Shown one piece after another: positions 44,613 through 54,170 of a stretch of DNA of 64,000 bases. The DNA comes from an uncultured Chitinophaga sp. (GTDB lineage: Bacteria > Bacteroidota > Bacteroidia > Chitinophagales > LD1), in contig CAZTNA010000011.1 of NCBI GenBank assembly GCA_964615305.1, positions 13,023 to 77,022 on the forward strand. Direction: 5' to 3'. The position numbers and the translations under genes are program-made. The notes below the pieces were generated by a model that made no database searches, was not told the origin of the DNA, and saw only the letters and a list, made by a program, of their open reading frames with translations. Position 1 is the first letter of the stretch. Every line of letters begins with the position of its first letter.

Positions 44613-47588
44613 ATGAATAATTTTTGCTACCGGCTGTTAGTACTCCTTACAGCAGCACTGTTTTCTACTTCTGTATTTTCGCAAACTTTTAATGATGGTC
44701 CTGTGCAGCTACAGGTTCGCCTGCGCGATTATCAATACACCAATCAAACCCTTTCTGATTTTACGTTAAGCGTAGGTAACTTCGGCCTGCCCGGCTCACT
44801 CAGCAGCGATGAAGTTACGCTGCGGGTTTGGGCACGCGATAATGCCGATGTAGATGGTATAGCGTGGGGGCCGCTGGGCGGCACACCTCACAATGCAACT
44901 TTTGCTGCTGCCGGTGTTTCGCCCGATTTTAATGATGTTATATACAACTATACTTTCCCCGGTGCTACCGTGCCGCAGTTTTTTGATGTTCGCTTAGATG
45001 CGTTTGAAAACGATATACCCGATGATTTTACACCGGTGAGTGGCTTAACACCGTGCGGCTCATCAGGCAGCAGTACCGGTTTCGATGGCAGCATGTGTTG
45101 CGTTAACCTGTTTGGTTGTTTGTTTTCGGAAGCCGATGATATACGCTGCGATGCACAGCCGTTTGTTACCAATCTAAATTACCGCTTAGGTCCGCCATGC
45201 AGTTGGTACGACCACGGCTTTATAAACAATACCACTGCTTGTTCAGATAATTACTACCGGCCACATATTGAATCTTATTGGCGATACACAGGAGGCACAT
45301 CGTGCGCTACAGCTATTAATTTAGGCACCCTTACCACTGGCAATACTTTTACGCATTTCAACAGCAACGAGTGCTCGTCAAATAACTACTCTGCTTCACC
45401 GGGCAATGACGTGTACTATAAATTTACAGTCAACGGTCCCATAGGTATTACCGCTTCGCTTTGCGGTGTAAGCGGTGCGCAGTTCGACAGCTACCTGTAT
45501 TTGTTGAACTCTGCCTGCACACCAATAGCCAGCAATGATGATGGTTGCGGCAATCAGTCAACCATTGCCTATTCAATTTGCGCTGCGGGTGATTATTACT
45601 TAGTGGTAGATGCAAAAACCGCAGGTGATGTAGGAACCTTTACACTCACCCTGCAAGACAATCCGAATTTCGTTTATGCCGTTACTCTTGCTAAAACCGA
45701 TGTGTCGTGTTTTGGTGGCAGTAACGGAACGCTCAAAGCAAATGTAACCGGTGGTGTGGCGCCATATACTTACACATGGAATCCGGCAGCCGGAAACGTT
45801 GATTCGCTATCGGGGTTAACAGGTGGCTCATACAACCTTACTGTGTCAGACGGTAACAGTTGCAACGTAACCGCTTCTGCTACTATCAGCGTGCCGCCTC
45901 AAATTGGCGCTTCGGCTACCGCTACACCTGTAACATGCGGTGGTGCCTGCGATGGCACAGCCACAGTAACTGCCAATGGTGGCAGCACACCTTATTCGTA
46001 CTCATGGAACTCAATACCTCCACAACAGTTACAAACTGCTACCGTGCTTTGCGTGGGCAACTACATAGTTACAGTTACCGACAATGAGGGCTGCACGGTA
46101 ACTGCCGGTGCTACAGTAAACAACACTACCACTATAGTAATAACCACTGATAGTGTAGCTGATGTGCAATGTTTTGGCGCTGCCAATGGCGATATTTCTA
46201 TTACTACTTCGGGCGGGCAAACGCCTTATAATTTTATCTGGAGCAACGGGCCTGCTACTGAAGACAACCCGAACTTAGGTCCCGGTACCTATACTATTAC
46301 TATTACCGATAACAGTGGTTGTTTTGAAACCGAAACGTACACCATCACCGAACCTGCGTTGCTTACTTCATCAGTTAGTTTCAGTTTCAATCCGCGTTGC
46401 AATGCAGGGCAGGATGGAATAGTAAACATTACTGTTGGCGGAGGTGTTCAACCTTACGGCTATAGTTGGTCCCCTACTTCAGCAACCACTCAAAACCTGA
46501 ACAATGTTGGCGCAGGCACGCATACCGTTACTGTTACCGATGCTAACGGATGCACTGTTACTTCTTCCTCTACACTTACAGAACCAACTCCGTTTACTGT
46601 TTCGCTTAGCACTACCAATCTGCAATGCTATGGCGGCAGCGATGGCACTGCCTCTGTAAATGTGAGCGGACAAACTTCGCCTTACACTTATTTCTGGAGC
46701 AACTTTGCAACTACTTCAAGTGTAATAGGTTTAGATGGTGGTCCTTTTTCAGTTGTAATTGAAGATGTAAACGGCTGCGACACCATTGTAGTGAGCACTA
46801 TTACCGAGCCGGGCGAAATAGATATTCAACTTACACCTAACGAACCTTTGTGTGCGGATAGCGGTAACGGTTCTATTACTACCGTAGTAATTGGCGGCAC
46901 TGCTCCGTTTGCATATAGCTGGACAGGCAGCAACGGGTTTACTTCTACCCAACAAAATCCACAGGTTGCTTCGGGTTCTTACAACGTAACAGTTACCGAC
47001 TTAAACAACTGCACTGCTGATGCATCGGTTGGAGTTAACGCTCCTTCTGCATTTACAGTTACAGTTATCGGCATTGACCCTAATTGCATTGGCGATAGCA
47101 CAGGTGCTGTGGCTGCCAGCACGAGTGGTGGTTCTTCGCCTTATACTTATACATGGAGTACTTCACCAACCGATATCGATGCCTTTGTTGAACATCTTCC
47201 TCGCGGAGCTTACAGCGTAACAGTTACTGATGTAAACGGCTGCCAGAGTATTGGTCAGGCAAGCATTGCTGACCCTAGTGTTGACCCACAAAGTTGCCGC
47301 CCTGATAAATTTGTGGTGTTGATTCCAACAGCTTTTTCACCTAACGGTGATAACGTGAACGACCGCCTGGTGGCTATTATGCGCAACGTTCAGAAATTGG
47401 AGCTTCATGTTTACAATCGCTGGGGCGAGCAGGTTTATCAAAACAACAACATGCTACCTGGAGATGGATGGGATGGAACCTTTAAAGGTAAAGAGCAGCC
47501 CGTTGGCACCTATGTTTACGCTTATCACGTTACCTATGTAAATGGTGTAATAGCTGATGAGAAAGGCAGTGCTACTTTAGTTCGGTAG
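44613..47588 (+). CDS. T9SS type B sorting domain protein with a pre-peptidase C-terminal-like domain and about 8 SprB-type repeats
   Basis: Signal peptide. The repeats are CFGGSNGTL, CGGACDGTA, CFGAANGDI, CYGGSDGTA and similar. C-terminus: PTAFSPNGDNVNDRL..YNRWGEQVY..GWDGTFKGK. Confidence 0.9.
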   Translation: MNNFCYRLLVLLTAALFSTSVFSQTFNDGPVQLQVRLRDYQYTNQTLSDFTLSVGNFGLPGSLSSDEVTLRVWARDNADVDGIAWGPLGGTPHNATFAAAGVSPDFNDVIYNYTFPGATVPQFFDVRLDAFENDIPDDFTPVSGLTPCGSSGSSTGFDGSMCCVNLFGCLFSEADDIRCDAQPFVTNLNYRLGPPCSWYDHGFINNTTACSDNYYRPHIESYWRYTGGTSCATAINLGTLTTGNTFTHFNSNECSSNNYSASPGNDVYYKFTVNGPIGITASLCGVSGAQFDSYLYLLNSACTPIASNDDGCGNQSTIAYSICAAGDYYLVVDAKTAGDVGTFTLTLQDNPNFVYAVTLAKTDVSCFGGSNGTLKANVTGGVAPYTYTWNPAAGNVDSLSGLTGGSYNLTVSDGNSCNVTASATISVPPQIGASATATPVTCGGACDGTATVTANGGSTPYSYSWNSIPPQQLQTATVLCVGNYIVTVTDNEGCTVTAGATVNNTTTIVITTDSVADVQCFGAANGDISITTSGGQTPYNFIWSNGPATEDNPNLGPGTYTITITDNSGCFETETYTITEPALLTSSVSFSFNPRCNAGQDGIVNITVGGGVQPYGYSWSPTSATTQNLNNVGAGTHTVTVTDANGCTVTSSSTLTEPTPFTVSLSTTNLQCYGGSDGTASVNVSGQTSPYTYFWSNFATTSSVIGLDGGPFSVVIEDVNGCDTIVVSTITEPGEIDIQLTPNEPLCADSGNGSITTVVIGGTAPFAYSWTGSNGFTSTQQNPQVASGSYNVTVTDLNNCTADASVGVNAPSAFTVTVIGIDPNCIGDSTGAVAASTSGGSSPYTYTWSTSPTDIDAFVEHLPRGAYSVTVTDVNGCQSIGQASIADPSVDPQSCRPDKFVVLIPTAFSPNGDNVNDRLVAIMRNVQKLELHVYNRWGEQVYQNNNMLPGDGWDGTFKGKEQPVGTYVYAYHVTYVNGVIADEKGSATLVR

Positions 47589-47610
47589 TTAAAGCATCGG
47601 AAAACTTCTG

Positions 47611-47644
47611 AAAATCCTCTGCAAACAGGCAGGGGATTTTCTTT
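47611..47644 (+). terminator. Rho-independent terminator after the 991-aa gene
   Basis: AAAATCCTCTGC aaaca GCAGGGGATTTT forms a 12-bp stem with one G-U pair, followed by CTTT. Confidence 0.65.
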
Positions 47645-47688
47645 GCGGTAGATAGGTATTGCATGATTTTTATTTTCGCTATGCACTT

Positions 47689-48921
47689 ATGGAGCCGAAA
47701 AAAGATGCATACGCAGCGTTAAAGATCCCCACCTTCTTCAACTTTCAACTTTCGCGGTTTCTGCTCACCTTTTCGGTGCAAATGCTCGAAACCATTATTG
47801 CCTGGCGGGTGTACGAGTTAACCCACGATAAGCTTGCGCTGGGCTTGATTGGTTTAAGTGAAGCGCTTCCTTCAATTGCTACCTCCCTTTTGGGCGGCCA
47901 TGCGGCTGATCTATTTAACCGTTACAAAATAGCACGAAGAACAATAGTTGGCATTACACTTTGTTTTACAGCCATTGGATTTATGATGGCCGGCCACGCA
48001 CCCTTACTGAAAGAGTATGGTGTTTACCCTATTTATTTTGTAATAGCCGTTAGCGGTTTGATTCGTGGTTTCATGGGGCCTGCTTTCCAAAGCATATTTC
48101 CGCAACTGGTGCCTCGAGAATTATATTCTAATGCCGCAACGTGGGGAAGCAATGCCTGGCAAACAGCTGCAGTAATGGGTCCGGCTTTGGGTGGTATAGT
48201 TTACGGGTTTACCAGCCTCGAGTTTTCATTTGTTCTGGCTATTACTTTAATGTTGGTTTCGTTTATTGTTTTTTTACAGATACCAGTAAAAGAAACTCCG
48301 CCTAAAGAAAAAACCGAAACGCTCTACCAATCTCTTACGGCCGGTTTGCGTTTTGTTTTTAGTACACAAGAAATGCTGGCCGCAATATCGCTGGATTTGT
48401 TTGCTGTACTTTTTGGTGGTGCCGTAGCTTTATTACCGGTATTTGCCAGCGATATTTTACATGTTGGGCCACAAGGGTTAGGTGTGTTGCGCGCCTCCCC
48501 ATTTTTGGGAAGTGTGGTTATGGGATTTTTTTTGGCACATAATCCACCTACTCAAAAAGCAGGAAGAAATCTTTTTGTAGCCGTAACAGGTTTTGGTCTG
48601 GCAACCATTGGTTTTGCCTTGTCTGAAACTTTCTTGCTATCGCTTATGTTGCTTTTTCTTACAGGCGCGTTTGACAATATAAGCGTAGTAATACGCCAAA
48701 CTATTCTGCAAAGTATGACCCCCGATCACATGCGTGGGCGGGTTAGTTCGGTGTACCAGATTTTTGTTTCATCGAGCAACGAAATAGGTGCCTTTGAAAG
48801 TGGGCTTGCTGCCAAACTATTGGGCACCGTGCCGTCAGTAATTTTTGGCGGGTGTATGACACTGGTTGTGGTGGCAGGCACATACGTGTTAGCTCCTAAG
48901 GTGCGTAAACTGAAACTTTAA
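47689..48921 (+). CDS. MFS transporter
   Basis: Start taken at ATG 47689 (MEPKKDAY); the ORF-track start is TTG. About 12 TM segments with typical MFS loop patterns. Confidence 0.8.
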   Translation: MEPKKDAYAALKIPTFFNFQLSRFLLTFSVQMLETIIAWRVYELTHDKLALGLIGLSEALPSIATSLLGGHAADLFNRYKIARRTIVGITLCFTAIGFMMAGHAPLLKEYGVYPIYFVIAVSGLIRGFMGPAFQSIFPQLVPRELYSNAATWGSNAWQTAAVMGPALGGIVYGFTSLEFSFVLAITLMLVSFIVFLQIPVKETPPKEKTETLYQSLTAGLRFVFSTQEMLAAISLDLFAVLFGGAVALLPVFASDILHVGPQGLGVLRASPFLGSVVMGFFLAHNPPTQKAGRNLFVAVTGFGLATIGFALSETFLLSLMLLFLTGAFDNISVVIRQTILQSMTPDHMRGRVSSVYQIFVSSSNEIGAFESGLAAKLLGTVPSVIFGGCMTLVVVAGTYVLAPKVRKLKL

Positions 48922-50303
48922 TGTTTAAGAGCTTTCTCAAGCAAATCGCCATACAATTTTCTTATACCAAACTGCATATCGCTTAGGCGTTCATGAAAAT
49001 TTCTACTCGGCTTTTTACCGCTTTTAATTCGTATGATATCCCCTATGATAGTAAACATTCTGCTGTACTCTTCCACCATTTGATCTTGTTGTTTCGAGGC
49101 CAGAAATTTTTTGTTTCTGCGAAGCATAGCTTCCGCTCCAGCGTAATCTTTTGCAAGTAAAAAGTAAATGTTATGAACCACTCGCTGCAAAATATCGCCA
49201 AGCAGCGTGAATTGTTTCTTGTACCAAAGCTGCCCTCGTTGTAAGTAAAGCGATGCCTGTTCTAAATTGCCGCGGTGCATGTAAAGTATGGCACAGGTTC
49301 GTTCAATATCAAAATTTAAACTCTCTTCCGGAAATTTATGTAACCGGGGAATCAGGTGCTTTTGAAGCATTTCTTCTGCTTCATTAAACTCATGATTGAT
49401 AATGGAAATAATTGAAAACATGAGTGGGTGAAACAGATTCCTTAGCAATTGGCGTTCATATTTCATAAACGCTTCCCGGTACATTTGCAGGGATTCTTTA
49501 AAAAAACTGCCTTGGCAATAGGCGCCTGCCAGTTTAGTGATTACATAAATGCGGTAGTTTTCTCCCAAGTCTCTCGTGCTGCTGTCAAACTCATGGAGTG
49601 CGTGGCGTAAACTCTCTGACCAGCCGGCAAAATTATGGGTATAAAATTCGTAGTATGTTGACCAGCTTAGCCAATAAAAAAACCTGCATCCATGATAATT
49701 TTTCTTCTCCAGCTTTTTATCCCAACTCTTTAATGTTTCAAGCACAACGGGCTCATATTTTTTCATATTGCCTTTAACCGACTCATAAAAAATAGTGTTC
49801 CAAAACTGCATGATATGTATCTCATAAGTTTCTTCCTGAGTGGGGTTTGTAAGTGACTTGAGATATTTTTTCGCGTACAGGTCTGCCATTTCTGTTTTCT
49901 GTTCGGTAACCGGCAACCGAAGCGAAACGCCAAATACTAATCTGTAAAATGCCGGAAGTTTACTGTGCTGTGCTGTCTTTACATATTTGCGTTCACGCAT
50001 TCTAGCTTCATGAAACAAATGACTGTAAAGTCCTTTCTCCCAAAGCATGTAAAGCACCTTTTGATCGTCATTTCCTGTATGAAAAGAATAAACCTTATCA
50101 AGCAGCACTGAGTTCACCTTGTCGAAATGAGCTTTGGTCATGCCTAATTCTTTTTGCAGTGCGGCATCTTCAAAGTTTTTGCTATTTACAAAAGTTACTG
50201 TTTTTGTAAATGCTTCGTGCTCGCGATCTGAAAACTGAATACGCTTGAGTGAAGCCACTTCATCATCTTTCAGGGTACGTAAAAAATCAGAGAGTAAACT
50301 CAT
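48918..50303 (-). CDS. 461-aa all-helical hypothetical protein (TPR-like repeats possible)
   Basis: Clean ATG ORF with no recognisable motif. Its stop overlaps the MFS stop (TTAA). Confidence 0.5.
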   Translation of the reverse strand: MSLLSDFLRTLKDDEVASLKRIQFSDREHEAFTKTVTFVNSKNFEDAALQKELGMTKAHFDKVNSVLLDKVYSFHTGNDDQKVLYMLWEKGLYSHLFHEARMRERKYVKTAQHSKLPAFYRLVFGVSLRLPVTEQKTEMADLYAKKYLKSLTNPTQEETYEIHIMQFWNTIFYESVKGNMKKYEPVVLETLKSWDKKLEKKNYHGCRFFYWLSWSTYYEFYTHNFAGWSESLRHALHEFDSSTRDLGENYRIYVITKLAGAYCQGSFFKESLQMYREAFMKYERQLLRNLFHPLMFSIISIINHEFNEAEEMLQKHLIPRLHKFPEESLNFDIERTCAILYMHRGNLEQASLYLQRGQLWYKKQFTLLGDILQRVVHNIYFLLAKDYAGAEAMLRRNKKFLASKQQDQMVEEYSRMFTIIGDIIRIKSGKKPSRNFHERLSDMQFGIRKLYGDLLEKALKH

Positions 50304-50353
50304 GTGGCTAATGTAAATTGTAAAGCACTATTACAAAATTGTTTACTTATATT

Positions 50354-50382
50354 TTGTCTTTGTTTAAGGAAATTTATATTTG
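50354..50382 (+). promoter_or_regulatory. Promoter candidate for the tetR-paa operon (-33 TTG at 50354-50356, -7 TATATTTG at 50375-50382)
   Basis: Matches the Bacteroidota TTG / TAnnTTTG consensus with an 18-nt spacer, 18 nt upstream of the GTG start at 50400. Confidence 0.4.
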
Positions 50383-50399
50383 CTAACAATCGTTAGTTT

Positions 50400-50981
50400 G
50401 TGGCAAAAGTAAAAAGCAATACTACAAAACAGAAAGTAAAAGAAACTGCACAAAAGCTATTTCGAGAACGGGGATATGCGGCAGTTGGTTTGCGCGAAAT
50501 TGCCAAAGTAGTAGGCATACAAGCGCCTAGTTTATACAATCACTATAAAAGCAAAGACGATATACTTCGTGAAATATGTTTCGATCTGGCAAAACAGTTT
50601 TTTGATGCCTTTAGTAAAGCCGAAACCGGTGAAGAAAAAGCGGCACGTAAGTTAAAGGCGGCAGTTAAAGCCCACATAAATGTAATAGCCGGCAATATTG
50701 ATTCAGCAGAAATTTTTTTCCATGAATGGATTTTTCTTGAGCAGCCACACTTAAATAAATTTAAAAAGCAACGGCACGAGTATGAAATGCTGTTTCGCGA
50801 TATTATTGAACGCGGCATTCGCAAAAAGGAGTTCAAGAAAATAAACTCTAAACTTGCTGCATTTACTATTTTTTCGGCACTCAACGCCACTTATGATTTT
50901 ATGCGGAGTCGTGAAAATGTATCGCAGGAACAGATGGCAGAAGATGTTGCCGGTTTACTTTTAAAAGGACTAAAAACATAA
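50400..50981 (+). CDS. TetR/AcrR family transcriptional regulator
   Basis: The N-terminal HTH is AQKLFRERGYAAVGLREIAKVVGIQAPSLYNHYKSKDDIL. Confidence 0.9.
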   Translation: MAKVKSNTTKQKVKETAQKLFRERGYAAVGLREIAKVVGIQAPSLYNHYKSKDDILREICFDLAKQFFDAFSKAETGEEKAARKLKAAVKAHINVIAGNIDSAEIFFHEWIFLEQPHLNKFKKQRHEYEMLFRDIIERGIRKKEFKKINSKLAAFTIFSALNATYDFMRSRENVSQEQMAEDVAGLLLKGLKT

Positions 50982-50984
50982 ACT

Positions 50985-51974
50985 ATGTACGGTAGCACCA
51001 ATCTTTCAGAGCAAGATGCAAAGCGAATGAACGACACCTCATCGGAAGACGCTGAAAAGCTCGAAATTTTTGAAGCACGAATTGCCCGTGGCGAAAAAAT
51101 TGAACCGCACGACTGGATGCCCTCTGAATACAGAAGGCAACTTATAAGAATGATTGAGCAACATGCACATAGCGAAATTGTTGGTGCATTACCTGAAGGC
51201 ACCTGGATAACACGCGCCCCCAATTTCAGAAGAAAACTGGCACTCATTGCAAAAGTGCAAGACGAAATAGGCCATGGTCAGCTTTTGTATTCAGCTGCCG
51301 AAACACTCGGCAAAACCCGCGAGCAAATGCTTAATGATTTAATGAACGGCAAAAGCAAGTACTCAAATATATTCAACTACCCTGCCGAAACATGGGCCGA
51401 TATTGCTGTTATTGGTTTTTTGGTAGATGGCGCTGCTATTGTAAATCAGGTGATCAATTCAAAAGGAAGCTATGGGCCTTATTGCAGAGCGCTGGAAAGA
51501 ATCTGCTACGAAGAGAGTTTCCACCTAAAGCAAGGGCATGATAATGTGGTATATCTGGCTACCGGTTCAAAAGTTCAGCGCAATATGCTGCAAGGTGCTA
51601 TTAACCGCTGGTACCGCCCGCTGCTACATTTTTTTGGCCCGCCTGATAAAATGAGCGCACATAGTGAAAAGCTAATGAAGTGGAAGGTGAAACTCGCAAG
51701 CAATGATGATATGCGCAATCAATTCTTGGATCAATATGTTCCAAAAATTCTGGAGTTAGGCTTAACATTTCCTGACCCTAATTTGAAAAAGAATAACGAT
51801 GGCATTTGGGAGTTCAGCGACCCTGATTGGGAAGATTTTAAACGTGTAATTAATGGCGGAGGTCCTTGTAATGCAGAACGAATTGCTGTGCGCAGGTACG
51901 TAGAAATGGCAGGGCGATGGGTGCGCGAAGCACTAATGAATCCGGAAGAAAAATATCAAGTTCCTTTAGCTTAA
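50985..51974 (+). CDS. paaA: 1,2-phenylacetyl-CoA epoxidase subunit A
   Basis: Di-iron carboxylate motifs HAHSEIVGA and [10 protein letters not shown]; family-typical length of 329 aa. Confidence 0.9.
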   Translation: MYGSTNLSEQDAKRMNDTSSEDAEKLEIFEARIARGEKIEPHDWMPSEYRRQLIRMIEQHAHSEIVGALPEGTWITRAPNFRRKLALIAKVQDEIGHGQLLYSAAETLGKTREQMLNDLMNGKSKYSNIFNYPAETWADIAVIGFLVDGAAIVNQVINSKGSYGPYCRALERICYEESFHLKQGHDNVVYLATGSKVQRNMLQGAINRWYRPLLHFFGPPDKMSAHSEKLMKWKVKLASNDDMRNQFLDQYVPKILELGLTFPDPNLKKNNDGIWEFSDPDWEDFKRVINGGGPCNAERIAVRRYVEMAGRWVREALMNPEEKYQVPLA

Positions 51975-51985
51975 AACTTTAAATT

Positions 51986-52357
51986 ATGAGTTCCTTAGAT
52001 CCGAGAGTAAACCGGCTTGATTTAGCGAAACAAAACAGTGGCGAATTGCATACCAACACCCACCTGATTACTTGGGAGGTATTTCATCAGGAAAAGCGGG
52101 GCAAGCAAGTAGTGCATGTTGGTATTGTGCACGCCCCGTCACCCGAAATGGCGCTTATACTAGCAAAAGAACAGTTTGCCCGCAGAGGAAAAACAACCAA
52201 TTTGTGGGTAGCAAAAACCAGCGATGTGTTCACGTTTAGCAGCGAAGATGAAGACATGTTTGAAACAACACCTGAAAAAACATTTCGCGATCCGGGCTAC
52301 TATAAAGTACGAGATCGAATTGAAAAATTTCAACAACAAAACAAAGTGACACTATGA
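51986..52357 (+). CDS. paaB: 1,2-phenylacetyl-CoA epoxidase subunit B
   Basis: WEVFHQEKRGKQVVHVGIVHAPSPEMALILAKEQFARR is typical of PaaB. Confidence 0.85.
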   Translation: MSSLDPRVNRLDLAKQNSGELHTNTHLITWEVFHQEKRGKQVVHVGIVHAPSPEMALILAKEQFARRGKTTNLWVAKTSDVFTFSSEDEDMFETTPEKTFRDPGYYKVRDRIEKFQQQNKVTL

Positions 52358-53109
52358 GCAACGCAATCAAAAACCTGCTTTATAAAATGGCTGACGATGC
52401 ATTAATTATCGGCCACCGAAACTCAGAATGGACCGGCATAGGTCCTATGCTCGAAGAAGACCTTGCCTTTTCCAGCATGGCGCAAGACAAGATTGGTCAT
52501 GCATTGGCACTCTATAGTATACTCCACGAAACCTTAGGTGAAGCTAAGCCCGACAAACTTGGGTTTATGCGTAGCGAGAAAGAGTTTAAATGCTGTCAGT
52601 TTGTTGAGTTGCCAATAGGCGAATATGACTTTAGCATTATGCGTCAGTTTTTATTTGACCATGCCGAGTTGCTTCGCTATGAAATGTTGACATCAAGCAC
52701 CTTTGTTCCTTTAGCACAACTCGCTAAAAAAGTGAAGGGCGAAATTAAGTATCATGTGCTGCATGGAGATACTTTTGTAAAACAACTTGCCAAGGGTACA
52801 GAAGAAAGTAAGGCACGCATGCAGTCATCACTCAATTATGCCTGGCATTTTGCTTTAGGTATTTTTGAAACAGGCGATACCGAAAACGAACTAATAGCAG
52901 AAGGTGTTTTTGCCGGTGAAAGTGCGCTAAAAAAACGCTGGCTTGAAAAAGTTTCATCTGTAATAGCCAATGCCGGATTACAACTTCCTGCAACTGATGA
53001 AAGCAAAATAGTTTATGGAGGTAGAAAAGGATTTCACTCTGAATATCTGGCACCACTGCTTAAAGAAATGACAGAAGTGGTTAGTTTAGATATAAATGCA
53101 GAATGGTAA
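52354..53109 (+). CDS. paaC: 1,2-phenylacetyl-CoA epoxidase subunit C
   Basis: ADDALIIGHRNSEWTGIGPMLEEDLAFSSMAQDKIGHA; 4-nt overlap with paaB. Confidence 0.85.
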   Translation: MSNAIKNLLYKMADDALIIGHRNSEWTGIGPMLEEDLAFSSMAQDKIGHALALYSILHETLGEAKPDKLGFMRSEKEFKCCQFVELPIGEYDFSIMRQFLFDHAELLRYEMLTSSTFVPLAQLAKKVKGEIKYHVLHGDTFVKQLAKGTEESKARMQSSLNYAWHFALGIFETGDTENELIAEGVFAGESALKKRWLEKVSSVIANAGLQLPATDESKIVYGGRKGFHSEYLAPLLKEMTEVVSLDINAEW

Positions 53110-53144
53110 ACAATGAGTTAAAATTCTACTTGCCAAGTTAACGA

Positions 53145-53645
53145 ATGAAAACTGCAGAGATTACCAAAAAAAACATTCTTGAATTACTTCACGAAGTTAA
53201 AGACCCCGAGATTCCTGTATTGTCTGTTGTTGACATGGGAATTGTTACAGGCATTGAAATTCCCAATCCGGAATCTTTAATAAGAATTGTAATAACACCA
53301 ACTTTTGTTGGATGCCCTGCGTTACACATTATTCAACAAAACATTATTAACGAACTGCAGAAGCAAGGTATAGCAGCCGAAGTTATTGTTGATTTTGAAA
53401 CAAAGTGGACAAGCAACCGAATGACTGCGGAAGCCAAAGAAAAACTTGAAAAATTCGGATTGGCACCACCTCCTGTATTAAAAGACGAAGAGTTAACCGA
53501 GGAGCAGTTAAACAATGTGCGATGCCCTCAATGTCACAGCAGTGACACTACTCTTCGCTCCGCGTTTGGCTCAACACTTTGTCGAGCCATTCGTTTTTGT
53601 TTTAATTGCAAACAAGGATTCGAACAATTTAAACCCGTAGTATGA
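53145..53645 (+). CDS. paaD: Phenylacetate-CoA oxygenase subunit PaaD (PaaJ), SUF-like domain plus C-terminal zinc ribbon
   Basis: VKDPEIPVLSVVDMGIV, ITPTFVGCPA and CPQCHS...CFNCKQGFEQFK. Confidence 0.85.
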   Translation: MKTAEITKKNILELLHEVKDPEIPVLSVVDMGIVTGIEIPNPESLIRIVITPTFVGCPALHIIQQNIINELQKQGIAAEVIVDFETKWTSNRMTAEAKEKLEKFGLAPPPVLKDEELTEEQLNNVRCPQCHSSDTTLRSAFGSTLCRAIRFCFNCKQGFEQFKPVV

Positions 53646-54103
53646 GATGCTTTTTATTATCAGCATTAATTTTTTGCAGCGCAGTTGTGTCTGCACAAAC
53701 AAATCACATGTCGAAGTTCAGTTGGTTGGTGGGCGGCTGGCAAATGGGTAGCGAAAATGTTTATGAAAAGTGGCTGCTTGTAAACGACACATCCATGGGC
53801 GCTGTAAGTTATCACTTAGACGATGATGGTGAACAGATTATTGATGAGATGATTCGCATAGTTTACAAAAAGGGCAAATACTATTATATACCTGCACTTA
53901 ACTACCCCGAAAAGTCAAAGCCTGTAGAATTTGAAATTGTAACATTGGGCGATAAAAAATTTGTGGCTGAAAACTTGTCGCATGACTTTCCACAGCGAAT
54001 TGGCTATGCCTGGGTAGACTCCACACATGTTTCTGCTTACATAGAAGGTGTAGAAAAGGGCGAGAAAAAGAGGTTTAATTTCCCTTTCGTTCAAAAAAAA
54101 TAG
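53642..54103 (+). CDS. Small exported protein (DUF6265-like), translationally coupled to paaD
   Basis: Signal peptide MRCFLLSALIFCSAVVSAQ. WLVGGWQ...EKW...HDFPQRIGY recalls DUF6265. ATGA overlap with the paaD stop. Confidence 0.5.
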   Translation: MRCFLLSALIFCSAVVSAQTNHMSKFSWLVGGWQMGSENVYEKWLLVNDTSMGAVSYHLDDDGEQIIDEMIRIVYKKGKYYYIPALNYPEKSKPVEFEIVTLGDKKFVAENLSHDFPQRIGYAWVDSTHVSAYIEGVEKGEKKRFNFPFVQKK

Positions 54104-54170
54104 TTTCCACCGTCACAATTTCTTTTGCTGCTCTGTTTTTGTTTCTATATTGAAACTGAAATAGACGTTC

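Noticed and set aside
48918-48921. Convergent genes sharing a TTAA that supplies both stop codons, here and again at 58046-58049
   Set aside because: This is a simple consequence of the TAA/TTA palindrome in compact genomes, with no evidence of function.
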